Positions 27,845 to 37,962 of a DNA stretch of 64,000 bases are shown here, piece by piece. Positions within the stretch are counted from its first letter, which is position 1; every line of letters starts with the position of its first letter. The DNA comes from an uncultured Desulfarculus sp. (GTDB lineage Bacteria; Desulfobacterota; Desulfarculia; Desulfarculales; Desulfarculaceae): the NCBI GenBank assembly GCA_963665125.2, contig CAXXUK010000001.1, positions 1,984,001 to 2,048,000 on the forward strand. Reading direction: 5' to 3'. The translations under genes were made by a program, and so were the position numbers. The notes beneath the pieces are model-generated. The model saw only the letters and a list, made by a program, of their open reading frames with translations. It was not told where the DNA came from and made no database searches.

Positions 27845-29944
27845 TCAGAAGCGCAGCCGCAACGTCACGCCGAAGGTAAAAGGATCGCCCGATTGGCCCA
27901 GGGGATCCGAGCCCGGAAACTCGAAGGCCACTACTTCATAATCCTCGTCAAACAGGTTCCTGGTCCAGAACAGCAGGTCCAGCCATTCCCGCTCAAAGCC
28001 CACGTTGAGGTTGACGAGTTGATAGGCGTCTTGCTTTAGGTTGTTGGCGTCGTCCCAATAGAACGGTCCCACTCCGTTCAACTCGGCCCTGGCCATGAGG
28101 TCCCAGCCGGCTATCAGCACGCGCCGGTATTCCAGCGACAGGTTATAGGTGTATTCGGGAGCCAGGGCGGTGTTGTTGCCGGAGTAGTCGGCTCCGGCCA
28201 GGGGGTCCTTGTAATCGGTGTATTCGGCATTGGTGTAACCGAAGCCCGCACCCAGAGTCAGGCCTTGGCAGAGCAGGGCCTTGAGTTCCAGTTCCAGGCC
28301 CATGCTGCGGGATTGCCCGGCGTTGCGCACCACCGTATCGGCCGAGGGCAACAGCTGCACCACCTGCTGGTCTTCCAGATCGATGTAGAACAACGCGGCG
28401 TTGCAGATCACCCGGTTGTCAAACCACGAGGTCTTCAGGCCCACCTCGTAGTTCCAGGAATACTCCGGATCAAAGCGGATGTCCGAGGCATCGGCATAGG
28501 CCGTGTTGAAGCCGCCGCTACGGTAGCCCCGGGTGACCCCGGCATAGGCCATGAATTGGGGGGTCCAGTGATAGGCCACCTGGAACTTGGGCAGCAGGGC
28601 GTCGCTGTCCTCGGATTGGTCGATGGTATCCGAACCCAAACTGATGCCGTTTGAGGTGGTGGACAGGATGTGGTGAATGTCGTTCTTTTCGTAGTCGTAA
28701 CGCATGCCCACGGTGAAGTCCAGCTTGTCGAACAGGGTGTAGGTGGCCTGGCCGAAGAGGGCCGCGCCGCTGGTTGTCAAGTCGGAATTGGTGGTGCGGT
28801 CCACCGGCGAGCCGGGCAGTATCACACCGGGGGCGAAGTCCAGGGTCAGGCGATGGTCCTTCTTTTTGTCAAAGCCGTAGAGCCCCACCAACCACTTGAG
28901 CCGGCTGTCGGATTCCGGCGAAGCGAAACGCAACTCCTGGGTGAACTGGTCGTCGTCGATGTCTTCATCGGCGGTCATCAGGGGATAGATGGTGAAGTCC
29001 TGATCATTGCTGGCGCTGTCGTGGAAGTTGCGGTAGGCCGTGATTGAGGTCAGACGGAACCAGGGCGCATCGTAGCCGATGCGCAGGAACGAGCCAAAGG
29101 CGTCGCGTTTGTAAGCGCCCTCATAATCATAGGCCACATGGCGGGGGTTTTCACGCAGGGCCGGCAGGTTGCCCAGGGGAAAGGCCCCGTCGTCAATGGT
29201 CTCGCCGTCTATGCTGGCCGAGATGTCGAGTTTGTCCGTGGGCGTCCAGCGCATCAGGGCCCGTCCGTTGAACGATTGGTGATGGTCCACGTCCTGGTCC
29301 AGATAGTCGTTTTCGGTGTAACCGTCCCGGGATTCATAGCCGCCGCTCATCCGTAAAAAGAGCTTGTCCTCCACCAGGGGCGCCGAAAAGTGGGCATAGG
29401 CCTGGTAGTCGTTGTAATTGCCCGCACTCAGTTCCACGCCTCCTCCGGTTTGGTTGTCCGGCTTTTTGGTGATGATGTTGATCACGCCGGCCAGGGAGTT
29501 GCGGCCGTAGAGGGTGCCCTGGGGACCGCGCAGGACCTCGATGCGCTCGATGTCAAACAGGTTGGTGTCAAAGGCCCTGGCGTCCATGTAGCCCACGCCG
29601 TCGACGTAATAACCGATGGCCGGTTCGTTGTTGATGGAGCCGATGCCCCGGATGAACACATAGGACGTGCCCCGGATGCCCCAGTTGGCGATGTACATGT
29701 TGGGCGTCAGCAAGGACAAATCCTGGATGGTCTGGATACGCGCATCCTGAATTTCCGACTCGGAAAAGGCCGATATGCTGGCAGGCACCTCTTGCACTTC
29801 GGCCTCGCGCTTTTCAGCCGTCACCACCATGGAGCCCAGGTCCAGGGGCTCATCATCAGCCAGAGCCGGCAGGGACAATAAAACCGTCGCGGCCAGCGCG
29901 GCCAGCATCCGGCAAATCTTTTTTAGGGGCTTGGAAGAATTCAT
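27845..29944 (-). CDS. TonB-dependent receptor, FyuA/siderophore-like
   Basis: MVVTAEKRE, IERIEVLRGPQGTLYGRN, GYRSGGFN, ends RF. Confidence 0.95.
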   Translation of the reverse strand: MNSSKPLKKICRMLAALAATVLLSLPALADDEPLDLGSMVVTAEKREAEVQEVPASISAFSESEIQDARIQTIQDLSLLTPNMYIANWGIRGTSYVFIRGIGSINNEPAIGYYVDGVGYMDARAFDTNLFDIERIEVLRGPQGTLYGRNSLAGVINIITKKPDNQTGGGVELSAGNYNDYQAYAHFSAPLVEDKLFLRMSGGYESRDGYTENDYLDQDVDHHQSFNGRALMRWTPTDKLDISASIDGETIDDGAFPLGNLPALRENPRHVAYDYEGAYKRDAFGSFLRIGYDAPWFRLTSITAYRNFHDSASNDQDFTIYPLMTADEDIDDDQFTQELRFASPESDSRLKWLVGLYGFDKKKDHRLTLDFAPGVILPGSPVDRTTNSDLTTSGAALFGQATYTLFDKLDFTVGMRYDYEKNDIHHILSTTSNGISLGSDTIDQSEDSDALLPKFQVAYHWTPQFMAYAGVTRGYRSGGFNTAYADASDIRFDPEYSWNYEVGLKTSWFDNRVICNAALFYIDLEDQQVVQLLPSADTVVRNAGQSRSMGLELELKALLCQGLTLGAGFGYTNAEYTDYKDPLAGADYSGNNTALAPEYTYNLSLEYRRVLIAGWDLMARAELNGVGPFYWDDANNLKQDAYQLVNLNVGFEREWLDLLFWTRNLFDEDYEVVAFEFPGSDPLGQSGDPFTFGVTLRLRF

Positions 29945-31252
29945 CTATTTCTCCTTTATGTTATTTCCGGGGATTGAGGCGCTGGGGATTCGCCGAAAAA
30001 CGGCATCGGCGGCAAACAGAAACAGGGCCATGACCACGGCCAGGATCGTATAAAGGCCCTGGTAGCCCAACGCGTCGGCCACGGCCCCGACCAGCGGCGA
30101 CAGCGACAGGAAGATCACATGGGAATAGCTGCACAGCACGGCGTAATTGGTGCCGGACTGGGGCCCGGCGCTGGCGTCCATGATCGTGGTGTAGGCCAGC
30201 ACCTGCAGGCCGCCCAGCATCATTTGCTCAACGGCCAGCATCAGGGGCACCTCCCAGGCCAGGAGCTGCGCCTCCGAGGCGATGTGCACCGTCAGCAGGG
30301 CCAGCCCCACGGCGGTCAGCCCGCCCAGGTAGAGCAAGGACCGGGCGCCCAGCTTGCGCATGACGATTCCCCCCAACACCGCCCCGGCCACGCCGCAGGG
30401 AGAGCCGTAGAGTAGCATCAGGGAGCCGATGTGCCGGCTGTCGTAGCCCAAGTCGGTCAGCAGGGGCAGTAGCATGTACATGCCGCCGTTGGAAATGACC
30501 CCCACGAGCAGCAGCCAAAAAAGCATGGGCCGCGTGCCGCGCGCCTTGAGAAAGGACCAAACCCGGGGCCTGAAGGCGGGGCCGGGGGTAATATCCGGGG
30601 AGGCCGCGGGGGCGATCTCGGGATGCAGCGCGATGGGCAGGCTGAGCAGGATCGTCAGCCCGGCCATGGCCAGCATGGTGGTCTGCCAACCGGCTATTCC
30701 GTAGAGCATCACGAATCCGCCGCCGCCGATCATATGCCCAATGTACATGCTGCCCATCTGGGCGCTGTTTCCCCAGGCCCTTTCCCGGGGGGCCAGGATG
30801 TCGGTGGCATAGCCGTCCACGGCGATGTCGTTGGTGGCATAGGCCAAATTCAACGCCACCATCAGCAGGAAGCCTGTCAGCGGCGTGGCCATGGGCGGAA
30901 ACAGGGCCAGCAGGGCCAACAAGGCGGCGGCCAGCCACTGTAGGGGAAAGATCCACGTGCGCCGGCGGCCCAGTTTGGGGCTGAAACACCGGTCGATCCA
31001 GGGAGCCCAGAGGAACTTGAGCGCCCATGGCAGATAGAGCATGGACAGCCAACCTATGACCTGCAGCCCGGCGCCGGTCTGGCGGAAGATCACCGGCAGA
31101 CCCACCCAGCAGAAGCCGATAGGCACCGCCTGGCAGGCATAGGCCGCCGCCAGCTGAAAAAGCTTGAACCCGGTGTCCGTGCGGCTTCCTTGCTTCAACG
31201 CGCGGCCCAACTCACCGGCGGCCACGGTGGCGCCATGTTTGACGGCCGCCAC
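29945..31252 (-). CDS. MFS transporter, RhtX/FptX family
   Basis: LPWALKFLWAPWID, ATNDIAVDGYA, QSGTNY. Confidence 0.9.
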   Translation of the reverse strand: MAAVKHGATVAAGELGRALKQGSRTDTGFKLFQLAAAYACQAVPIGFCWVGLPVIFRQTGAGLQVIGWLSMLYLPWALKFLWAPWIDRCFSPKLGRRRTWIFPLQWLAAALLALLALFPPMATPLTGFLLMVALNLAYATNDIAVDGYATDILAPRERAWGNSAQMGSMYIGHMIGGGGFVMLYGIAGWQTTMLAMAGLTILLSLPIALHPEIAPAASPDITPGPAFRPRVWSFLKARGTRPMLFWLLLVGVISNGGMYMLLPLLTDLGYDSRHIGSLMLLYGSPCGVAGAVLGGIVMRKLGARSLLYLGGLTAVGLALLTVHIASEAQLLAWEVPLMLAVEQMMLGGLQVLAYTTIMDASAGPQSGTNYAVLCSYSHVIFLSLSPLVGAVADALGYQGLYTILAVVMALFLFAADAVFRRIPSASIPGNNIKEK

Positions 31253-32286
31253 TACCAGGCCTTTCGGCAGATGTCGATGTCCATCTCGCCAATGGGGGTT
31301 TCAATGGTCCTGGAGCGGACCTGCCGAAATCCGCATTCAATGGCCGCCTCGGCGATCATGCCCTGAGCAAAGCAGTAGTCCATGCCCATCATCATGGAGG
31401 GGATTACGGCCCCGAGCATGGTGTCGGGCTTGGTCTGCTCGCCGGTCATTCCGTCCTGGAAGCTGACGAAATATCCGCCCGGCTTGAGGGCGTCCAATAT
31501 CTTGCCAAGCAGGGGCCCGAGGTTGCCGATGGCGAAATTGAGCGTGGCGCTGGCAAAAACAAGGTCATAGCCCTGGCCGATGTCGTCGGTCAGATAATCA
31601 CCGGGCTGGAAGGTCACCCGGTCGGCGGCCTGGTAGGCCTCGATGAACTCCGCCGCCGCATCTAAAACCGGGGCCCTGTCCAGCAGCACGCCGCGCAGGC
31701 TCTGGTTCCGCTCCAGGATATACAGCGAAAACACGCCGTGGCCGCAGCCCATGTCGAGCATCTTTTCAAGGCCTGAAAAGCCCGGCAAGGCGGCGATGAT
31801 TTCGGCCACCTGTTGCCCCACTCCGCCAAAGACCCAGCCCGCCGATGAGCGCACCTCCTCTGTCCAGATTTTTTCGTCGGCAAAATCCATCCCCCCGTCC
31901 GCCGGCCCGTTCTTGACCAGATGCCCCAATTGGTCCAGCGGATTGAGCCCGGCGTGCTGGGTCTGCCGTAAAAGGGCCGCCACCGAGGCGGGCGAGTCGG
32001 AAACCAAAAACGTCCGGGCGATTTCCGTGTTGCGGTAGGCGCCATTCTTTTTTTGCAGCAGGTCGATGGTGGTCAGGGCGTCCAGGAGCCGCCTGGTGTT
32101 GTCCTGGTTCAGCCCCAGGGCATGGGCAATGTCGGCGGCCTGCCGGGGCTGGCTGAGCTGGTCAAAAAGCTTCAGTTCAATGGCGCAGTTCATCAACGCC
32201 GCCTTGAGCGGTCCCAAGGCGATTTGGTGCAGGGAGCCGTAGCTTAGCTCCACCGAGGGCATGCTGTTCATGATATTGCCTTTCAA
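31252..32286 (-). CDS. O-methyltransferase family protein with N-terminal dimerisation/wHTH domain
   Basis: AIELKLFDQL, LDMGCGHG, PGDYLTDDIGQGYD, ALKPGG. Confidence 0.9.
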   Translation of the reverse strand: MKGNIMNSMPSVELSYGSLHQIALGPLKAALMNCAIELKLFDQLSQPRQAADIAHALGLNQDNTRRLLDALTTIDLLQKKNGAYRNTEIARTFLVSDSPASVAALLRQTQHAGLNPLDQLGHLVKNGPADGGMDFADEKIWTEEVRSSAGWVFGGVGQQVAEIIAALPGFSGLEKMLDMGCGHGVFSLYILERNQSLRGVLLDRAPVLDAAAEFIEAYQAADRVTFQPGDYLTDDIGQGYDLVFASATLNFAIGNLGPLLGKILDALKPGGYFVSFQDGMTGEQTKPDTMLGAVIPSMMMGMDYCFAQGMIAEAAIECGFRQVRSRTIETPIGEMDIDICRKAW

Positions 32287-32458
32287 TCACGTTGCCTGAT
32301 ACGCGGCGCGGGGATGCATGCGCCGGCCCGGCGCCGATAAATTAAACTTGGAGTATTTTATAAGCCTTTGCTAATTGAGGTCGAACATGGGCTGAACTAT
32401 TTCTGTCATTTACTGAACATTAGGATGGATGATGACGGGGTTGGCGCGGGTGAACCGC

Positions 32459-33424
32459 TCAGCCGCAAAAGCGGGAGCGGCTTGCCCTGTATTGTTTCCG
32501 GTAGACGCCGGGCTGGACGCCGTATTGGCCCAGAAAGGCCTTGGCGAAATGGCTGGGGCTGCTGAAACCGGCGGCAAAGGCGATCTCGGCGATGTTCAGC
32601 TCGGCCTCGTCGAGCATCTGCCGGGCCTGTTCCAGGCGCTGAAGCCTCAGGTACCCGAACACCGTGGTGCCCCACAGATCCCGGAACCCCTTGTTGAGCT
32701 TGGTGTGAGTCAGGCCCACGTTGTCGGCCAATTGGAACAGCGACGGCGGGCTCTGCAGGTTGGCCAGAAGAATTTCCCGGGCCTTTTCCATGCACATGCG
32801 CTCACGCTGGTTGAGGGGCGGTTGCGCCGACGGCACGGGCACGCCTTCCATCAGGCTGCCGAACTGCAAGGCCATCAACTCCAGGGTTTTGCTTTCATAG
32901 AATATTTTGCGGGCCAGGCCGTGATAGGGACAGGTCAGGATCTGGTGGGCGGCCACGGACATGGAAGGCAGCATGGCCGCGTGCCGGAAGCAGTAGGGGA
33001 AGACACCGCTGTCCAGGGCTTGGCCCAACTCCGGCACGTCAACCCTGGGCAGACCAGCGAAATATTCCAGCAAAACATGCCGCTCGATGTGAACGGCCAC
33101 CATGCGGGCTTCAGCCTGGGCCGGTATCTCCATGGTCCCCCGGGAGTGTGGAAAGGCCGCCACCGTGTTCAGGCCCGGCCTGCTCTGGAACTTGTTTTCA
33201 CCCTGACCGTGGCTGATTGCATAACTGGCCCTGCCCGCCAGGTAAAAGGAAAATTCCAGCGGCACCTCGCCTGTCTCGAATTCGATGCGCAGGTCATCCC
33301 TGGGGTGGCAATTCACCACCACAAGCCGCAGCCCGGGTTTGACCTCGATCAGCTCTCCCTCCAAGCCGGACGGCATGTTTTGGCCGTTGACGATGTAAGG
33401 TTCACTCTCCATGCCTTGCCGCAT
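32459..33424 (-). CDS. AraC-family regulator (PchR-like)
   Basis: ESKTLELMA, PPSLFQLA, KLNKGF, GFSSPSHFAKAF. Confidence 0.92.
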   Translation of the reverse strand: MRQGMESEPYIVNGQNMPSGLEGELIEVKPGLRLVVVNCHPRDDLRIEFETGEVPLEFSFYLAGRASYAISHGQGENKFQSRPGLNTVAAFPHSRGTMEIPAQAEARMVAVHIERHVLLEYFAGLPRVDVPELGQALDSGVFPYCFRHAAMLPSMSVAAHQILTCPYHGLARKIFYESKTLELMALQFGSLMEGVPVPSAQPPLNQRERMCMEKAREILLANLQSPPSLFQLADNVGLTHTKLNKGFRDLWGTTVFGYLRLQRLEQARQMLDEAELNIAEIAFAAGFSSPSHFAKAFLGQYGVQPGVYRKQYRASRSRFCG

Positions 33425-33555
33425 ATGAAGCCTCGCGTTGTTGCCCGTGTCCGGTGGAAAACCGCGTCAATTCCAAAGGCGATCATATGTATAACTAATA
33501 TAATTTGAAAAGTCTAATTAATTATGAATGTAATAAAGAGAAGGAACGGTAAAAC

Positions 33556-33602
33556 AAGGCGGCCCGCCCGAACCAGACGTTGGTCCCGGCGGGCCGCCTT
33601 TT
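33556..33602. terminator. Hairpin terminator (probably bidirectional)
   Basis: AAGGCGGCCCGCC...GGCGGGCCGCCTT flanked by A- and T-runs, 3' of the DUF4198 gene. Confidence 0.75.
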
Positions 33603-33635
33603 GGCGGAGCGTGTTAATTTGGCCTGAAAGACCGG

Positions 33636-34526
33636 CTATGGTTTGACCGTGAAGCCCACGGAGCCCGCAATGTAGACGTCAGTGCATTTCCCCTGCAAAT
33701 CGGCAAGCTCGGGGTTGCCGGGCACTCTTTTATGCAGATAGATGTTGGCCACCCACTGGCCTGCGGTGGGAATGCGGAATTGGGCGTTGCCGTTAATTAT
33801 ATAGCACGACAGGCGGAAGCCGTCCGGTCCCCCAAAGGTGTTGCTGTCGCAAGTCATGGTCAGAATATCCGAAGCGCTGATGCTGAGCGGCTTGCCCTTG
33901 TAGGTGACGCGGAAACGTACGAGTTCGTTTTGACGCACCTTGGACAGATCGGTCAGGGGAATGATCTCCAGGTCGTAGCCAAGCGGCTTGGGCTCGCTCC
34001 ACTGCTTGATGGCAAAAAACGCCTTGGAATAGGAGATGTATTTCATCGACGCCAGCACCTTGCCCGCGTCCTTAACGGCGTCCATGGGTTTGGGGGCCAT
34101 GCGTTGTTTACCTTTTTCATCCAGATACATGGTGAAAAAGGTCGGCTGCGACTGGGCCGTCACCTGGTAGGTGCCCGGTTTGGGCGTTCCGGCCAGGGCG
34201 ATCTTGCGCAGGCCCAGATCTCCCTTTTGCACGCTCAAAGCCATGTCAGTATCCTGTTTGGGATCCACCTTGGCAGACGGCAGGCCCAGGTCGGCGCTTT
34301 GGCCCTGGGGATCAACCAACAGATAACTTTTCAGTCTGATTACTCCGGCGTCGCTGGTCAGCAGGTCGTCCAAGGGCAGGCAATGGCCAAAGCCGAGGAT
34401 GGCGGTTACGTGGCCCGGCGGATGGGCGAACGATTCGGTAAGGTTGACCCAGAACGTATGAGCCGAGGCCGGCGCGGACCAAACAAGCATCACGGCAATA
34501 GTCAGTGTTGTCAGTATTCTCTTCAT
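33636..34526 (-). CDS. DUF4198 (NikM-associated) periplasmic protein
   Basis: Signal peptide ending ASA-HTFWV, FGH, SKAF, LEIIPL, YKGKPL. Confidence 0.8.
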   Translation of the reverse strand: MKRILTTLTIAVMLVWSAPASAHTFWVNLTESFAHPPGHVTAILGFGHCLPLDDLLTSDAGVIRLKSYLLVDPQGQSADLGLPSAKVDPKQDTDMALSVQKGDLGLRKIALAGTPKPGTYQVTAQSQPTFFTMYLDEKGKQRMAPKPMDAVKDAGKVLASMKYISYSKAFFAIKQWSEPKPLGYDLEIIPLTDLSKVRQNELVRFRVTYKGKPLSISASDILTMTCDSNTFGGPDGFRLSCYIINGNAQFRIPTAGQWVANIYLHKRVPGNPELADLQGKCTDVYIAGSVGFTVKP

Positions 34527-34545
34527 TTTATCTCCCTGTCTGTTG

Positions 34546-34866
34546 TCACCTGGGCCCGTCTTCGGTAGCCACATGGCCCGGGCCGCCGTCAAGAATGATG
34601 CAATAGGCCGTCTTTGGTTTTTCAAAGGTGAACTCGCCCGATTCATCGGTAACGCCCTGCAAAAGTATGTTGCCCTTGCTGTCCTCCAGCCGTACTTTGG
34701 TGGCGCCGGCCACGGCGCCGGTGGAGTACATTCCCTCTATGGTCACCGTGCCGTCGTCGTTATCCAGCACAGACATGAATAAGGTGTGGGCATGGGCCGC
34801 AGTGGCCAGTCCCAACATGAAAACCAGGATCAGGGCGGTGAGGGTGAGTTGTCGATGCAATTTCAT
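34546..34866 (-). CDS. Small periplasmic protein, FpvJ/CbiL-like
   Basis: Signal peptide AHA-H, DGTVTIEGMYSTG, GVTDESGEFTF, DGGPGH. Confidence 0.7.
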   Translation of the reverse strand: MKLHRQLTLTALILVFMLGLATAAHAHTLFMSVLDNDDGTVTIEGMYSTGAVAGATKVRLEDSKGNILLQGVTDESGEFTFEKPKTAYCIILDGGPGHVATEDGPR

Positions 34867-34882
34867 CCGCGGAGCCGCTCCT

Positions 34883-35569
34883 TTAATAAACAAACGGCAG
34901 CAGCCGCTTGGTGCGAAGGGAATAAGCATTCCACTGCTGTTGAAAATGAGCCGCCAGCAGGCGCTCTTCGTCTTTGATCCGCCAAAGGAACAAGCCCGTA
35001 TAGACAATGGCCACAAGCAGGCCGGGCGTCGATGCAAAGACGAGGGCCATGCCGATGGCCCAGTACACGCAGCCGGCATAGCGCGGGTGGCGCATGACGG
35101 CAAAGGGGCCACTGGTGATCAGCTCATGGTCTTCCTGGATGGTCACATGAACGCTGAACTGTTTGCCCAAATAGACCGGAGCCCAGACCATCAGCCAGAA
35201 GCCCACGGCATAGATGGCCATGCCCGCCCAACGTAAATAGGCTCCGCCGGGCAGATAGCCGTAGCCGGCGGCATCGCTCCAGGGGCTGACCAGGCTCAGG
35301 ACAACGCTGGTCAAGGTCGCAAACAGGATCATCCGATCCTGGCCCCTGTTATGTTTTTGGCCTTTTGAAACCTTGTTCTGAATCTTGGCCGCAACGAATG
35401 GAGCGATAAAAAAACCGGCCATGGAAAACAGCACAAAACATAATCTGACCGGCTTATCAATGAATGTTGAAAAGTCGCCGCCTCCCAGCAGCCAGCCCAC
35501 CCCGGTGATCACCAGAGGTATAAGGCTCAGCGCCAGGGCCGTAAATAATTTTTTAAGAGTCGTCAACAT
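34883..35569 (-). CDS. Isoprenylcysteine carboxyl methyltransferase (ICMT/Ste14) family membrane methyltransferase
   Basis: LGKQFS, HELITSGPFAVMRHPRYAG, RIKDEERLL. Confidence 0.88.
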   Translation of the reverse strand: MLTTLKKLFTALALSLIPLVITGVGWLLGGGDFSTFIDKPVRLCFVLFSMAGFFIAPFVAAKIQNKVSKGQKHNRGQDRMILFATLTSVVLSLVSPWSDAAGYGYLPGGAYLRWAGMAIYAVGFWLMVWAPVYLGKQFSVHVTIQEDHELITSGPFAVMRHPRYAGCVYWAIGMALVFASTPGLLVAIVYTGLFLWRIKDEERLLAAHFQQQWNAYSLRTKRLLPFVY

Positions 35570-35722
35570 AAGAATACTCCAATTTTTTTTGACTTATCAA
35601 ATAGTGACCCAAGGAGTGGTTTGCGTCTACTCCGTGCCGGATTTTATTTGCTCAAATATACGAGTCCGAAAACGCCCAAGCCGGGAATAAGGCGTATAAA
35701 ATAAGGCCACACGCCATTAATT

Positions 35723-35763
35723 ACTCCCTCCAGTGACAGTTTGACTCCCTCCAGCGTCAGATT
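35723..35763 (+). promoter_or_regulatory. Direct repeat with 21-bp period, candidate AraC binding site
   Basis: ACTCCCTCCAGtgaCAGtTT at 35723 and ACTCCCTCCAGcgtCAGaTT at 35744; TATTAT at 35781. Confidence 0.6.
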
Positions 35764-35892
35764 TGTGACCGCGCCTGCGCTATTATCAACCTCCAATTTG
35801 ACAATATGAAAAAAGTTAAACAACACAAATTTTCAACAACGCAAACATGCGCCGTACATTGAACGGCACGCTGCGGGAAAGGGGAAAGACAA

Positions 35893-37962
35893 ATGGCCCG
35901 GCTTGGAATTGCCTTCTTGGCATTGATCGTGTGGCTGGGGGTTATCATGGCGGGACCGGCATTGGCCGCTTCGACTGAGGAGAACGACGGCGGTTCTTCT
36001 CATGTCGGCTTGGGTGAGATGGTGGTCACCGCGGAAAAAATGGATCAAAGGGAGCAGGACGTGCCCGCCTCCCTCAGCGTCTTCAGCGGGGCGGAATTGC
36101 AAGACCTGCAAGTGGAAACCACGGCCGAAATGCTTGGCAGAATCCCGAACCTGTATCTGAATATCATCGGGCCCAGAGGCGGCTTCGGCATGCCCATGAG
36201 CCTGCGGGGCATCGCCTCCTTCATGAGCGGGGATCCGGTTCTGAGTATTCTGGTGGACGGGGTCTATACTCCAACCATGGACTTCACCCTGCTGGATGTC
36301 GAGCGGGTGGAGGTTCTGCGCGGCCCCCAGGGCACCTTGTACGGCTGCAACACCGAGGCCGGCGTGGTCAACATCATCACCAAACGTCCCACCGAACAAT
36401 GGAGCGGCGACCTGGGCCTGAGCTACGCCAACTACAACACCTATGGGGTGGATTTTGCCGTGGGAGGTGCGGTGGCGCCTGAAAAACTATTCTTAAGGGC
36501 CGCCGGGCGCTACGGCAAATCAGACGGATTTTTCACCAACTTGGCTGACGGGTCCGACGATGTGGACAAGCATGAGGACTTTGACGGCCGCCTCAGCCTC
36601 AATTGGCGCGCCACCAAGGAACTGAATTTGACCCTGACCGGCGATTTTCAGCACTATGACAGCAACTACGCCGAATTCGCCTTGCTGGACCAGGTGATGG
36701 ACGGCTCCCATGACGTGGATGTCGACTACCCCGGCGATGCCAAAAAACGGGCGGCCGGCACGGCCCTGAACGTGGAGTGGCAAATTGGCCAAGTGCGCAT
36801 GGTGTCGATAACCTCGTTCCGGGATGACGACTACAGCAGCAGCCAAGACATCGATTTCACGCCCTATGACATCATGCGCCTTGACCTGTCCAGGGACTAT
36901 CAATCAACGAACCAGGAGCTGCGTTTTGTCAGCGACGACCCCAAAGCCAAATTTAAATGGGTCGCCGGAGTTTACGCCTATGTGGAGGACAACAACCTGG
37001 ACTACACCACCCAGATGCGGCCCATGTCCGGCTCCACGGCCCACCTGCGCCAAAAGGGCGACACCCACACCAGGGGCACGGCCCTGTTCGGGCAGGCCAC
37101 CTACACCCTATTGGGCATATTGGACCTGACCGCGGGCCTGCGCTACGACAACCAGAACAAGGACTTTGACTACTCCTGGAGCGGCGGGGCCTGGGGCGTT
37201 CCGGACGAAAGCGGCTCCACTGACAACGATTTCAGCGCCTGGCTGCCCAAGTTCGCCGTGGCTCTACGCCTTGACGAGCGTTTCACGCCTTATGTCAGTG
37301 TGTCGCGGGGCTACAAGAGCGGCGGCTTCAACCTGAAGTCCTCGGCCGGTAAAAGTTATGATTCCGAATTCGCCTGGAATTATGAAGTAGGCGTGAAGAG
37401 CCTTTGGTTTGAGGACAGACTATCCATCAACCTGGCCGCTTTTTACATCGACTGGAGCGAACTCCAGGTGGAGCAGCCGGATTACCCGGATTTCACCGTG
37501 GTCAACGCGGCTTCGGCTACGTGCCGGGGTGCGGAGTTGGAGATCAGCGCCCTGTTGCTGCCGGGGCTTCGCGTGGGCGGCAGCGTCGGTTTCGTGGACG
37601 CCACCTTTGACGACTTTGTTTTCGGTTCGGAAAACTATGCCGGCAACAACGTGCCCACCGTGCCGGAATGCACCTATCGCCTGGCCCTGGACTACCGCTT
37701 TGGCGGGCATTATATGCTGAGCGCGGAATACCTTGGCGTCGGAAATATCAATTGGGATGCGGCCAACAGCCACTCCCAGTCCGGCTATGAGGTTGTAAAC
37801 GCCAAAGCCGGCTATGAAACCGGGCGCCTTGGCTTGTATCTGTGGGCAAAAAACCTGTTTGACGAAAGCTACGCCACAAGGGCCTTTGAAATGAGCGGCC
37901 AGTGGTACGGCCGGGCCGCCGATCCGTTATGCTTCGGCGTAACAGCGAAAATTAGCTTTTAA
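35893..37962 (+). CDS. TonB-dependent receptor, FyuA/siderophore-like
   Basis: MVVTAEK, VERVEVLRGPQGTLYG, GYKSGGFN, ends SF. Confidence 0.95.
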   Translation: MARLGIAFLALIVWLGVIMAGPALAASTEENDGGSSHVGLGEMVVTAEKMDQREQDVPASLSVFSGAELQDLQVETTAEMLGRIPNLYLNIIGPRGGFGMPMSLRGIASFMSGDPVLSILVDGVYTPTMDFTLLDVERVEVLRGPQGTLYGCNTEAGVVNIITKRPTEQWSGDLGLSYANYNTYGVDFAVGGAVAPEKLFLRAAGRYGKSDGFFTNLADGSDDVDKHEDFDGRLSLNWRATKELNLTLTGDFQHYDSNYAEFALLDQVMDGSHDVDVDYPGDAKKRAAGTALNVEWQIGQVRMVSITSFRDDDYSSSQDIDFTPYDIMRLDLSRDYQSTNQELRFVSDDPKAKFKWVAGVYAYVEDNNLDYTTQMRPMSGSTAHLRQKGDTHTRGTALFGQATYTLLGILDLTAGLRYDNQNKDFDYSWSGGAWGVPDESGSTDNDFSAWLPKFAVALRLDERFTPYVSVSRGYKSGGFNLKSSAGKSYDSEFAWNYEVGVKSLWFEDRLSINLAAFYIDWSELQVEQPDYPDFTVVNAASATCRGAELEISALLLPGLRVGGSVGFVDATFDDFVFGSENYAGNNVPTVPECTYRLALDYRFGGHYMLSAEYLGVGNINWDAANSHSQSGYEVVNAKAGYETGRLGLYLWAKNLFDESYATRAFEMSGQWYGRAADPLCFGVTAKISF

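Noticed and set aside
36331..36360. GCN instead of GRN in the receptor plug motif
   Set aside because: Single substitution in an otherwise intact ORF; no evidence of inactivation
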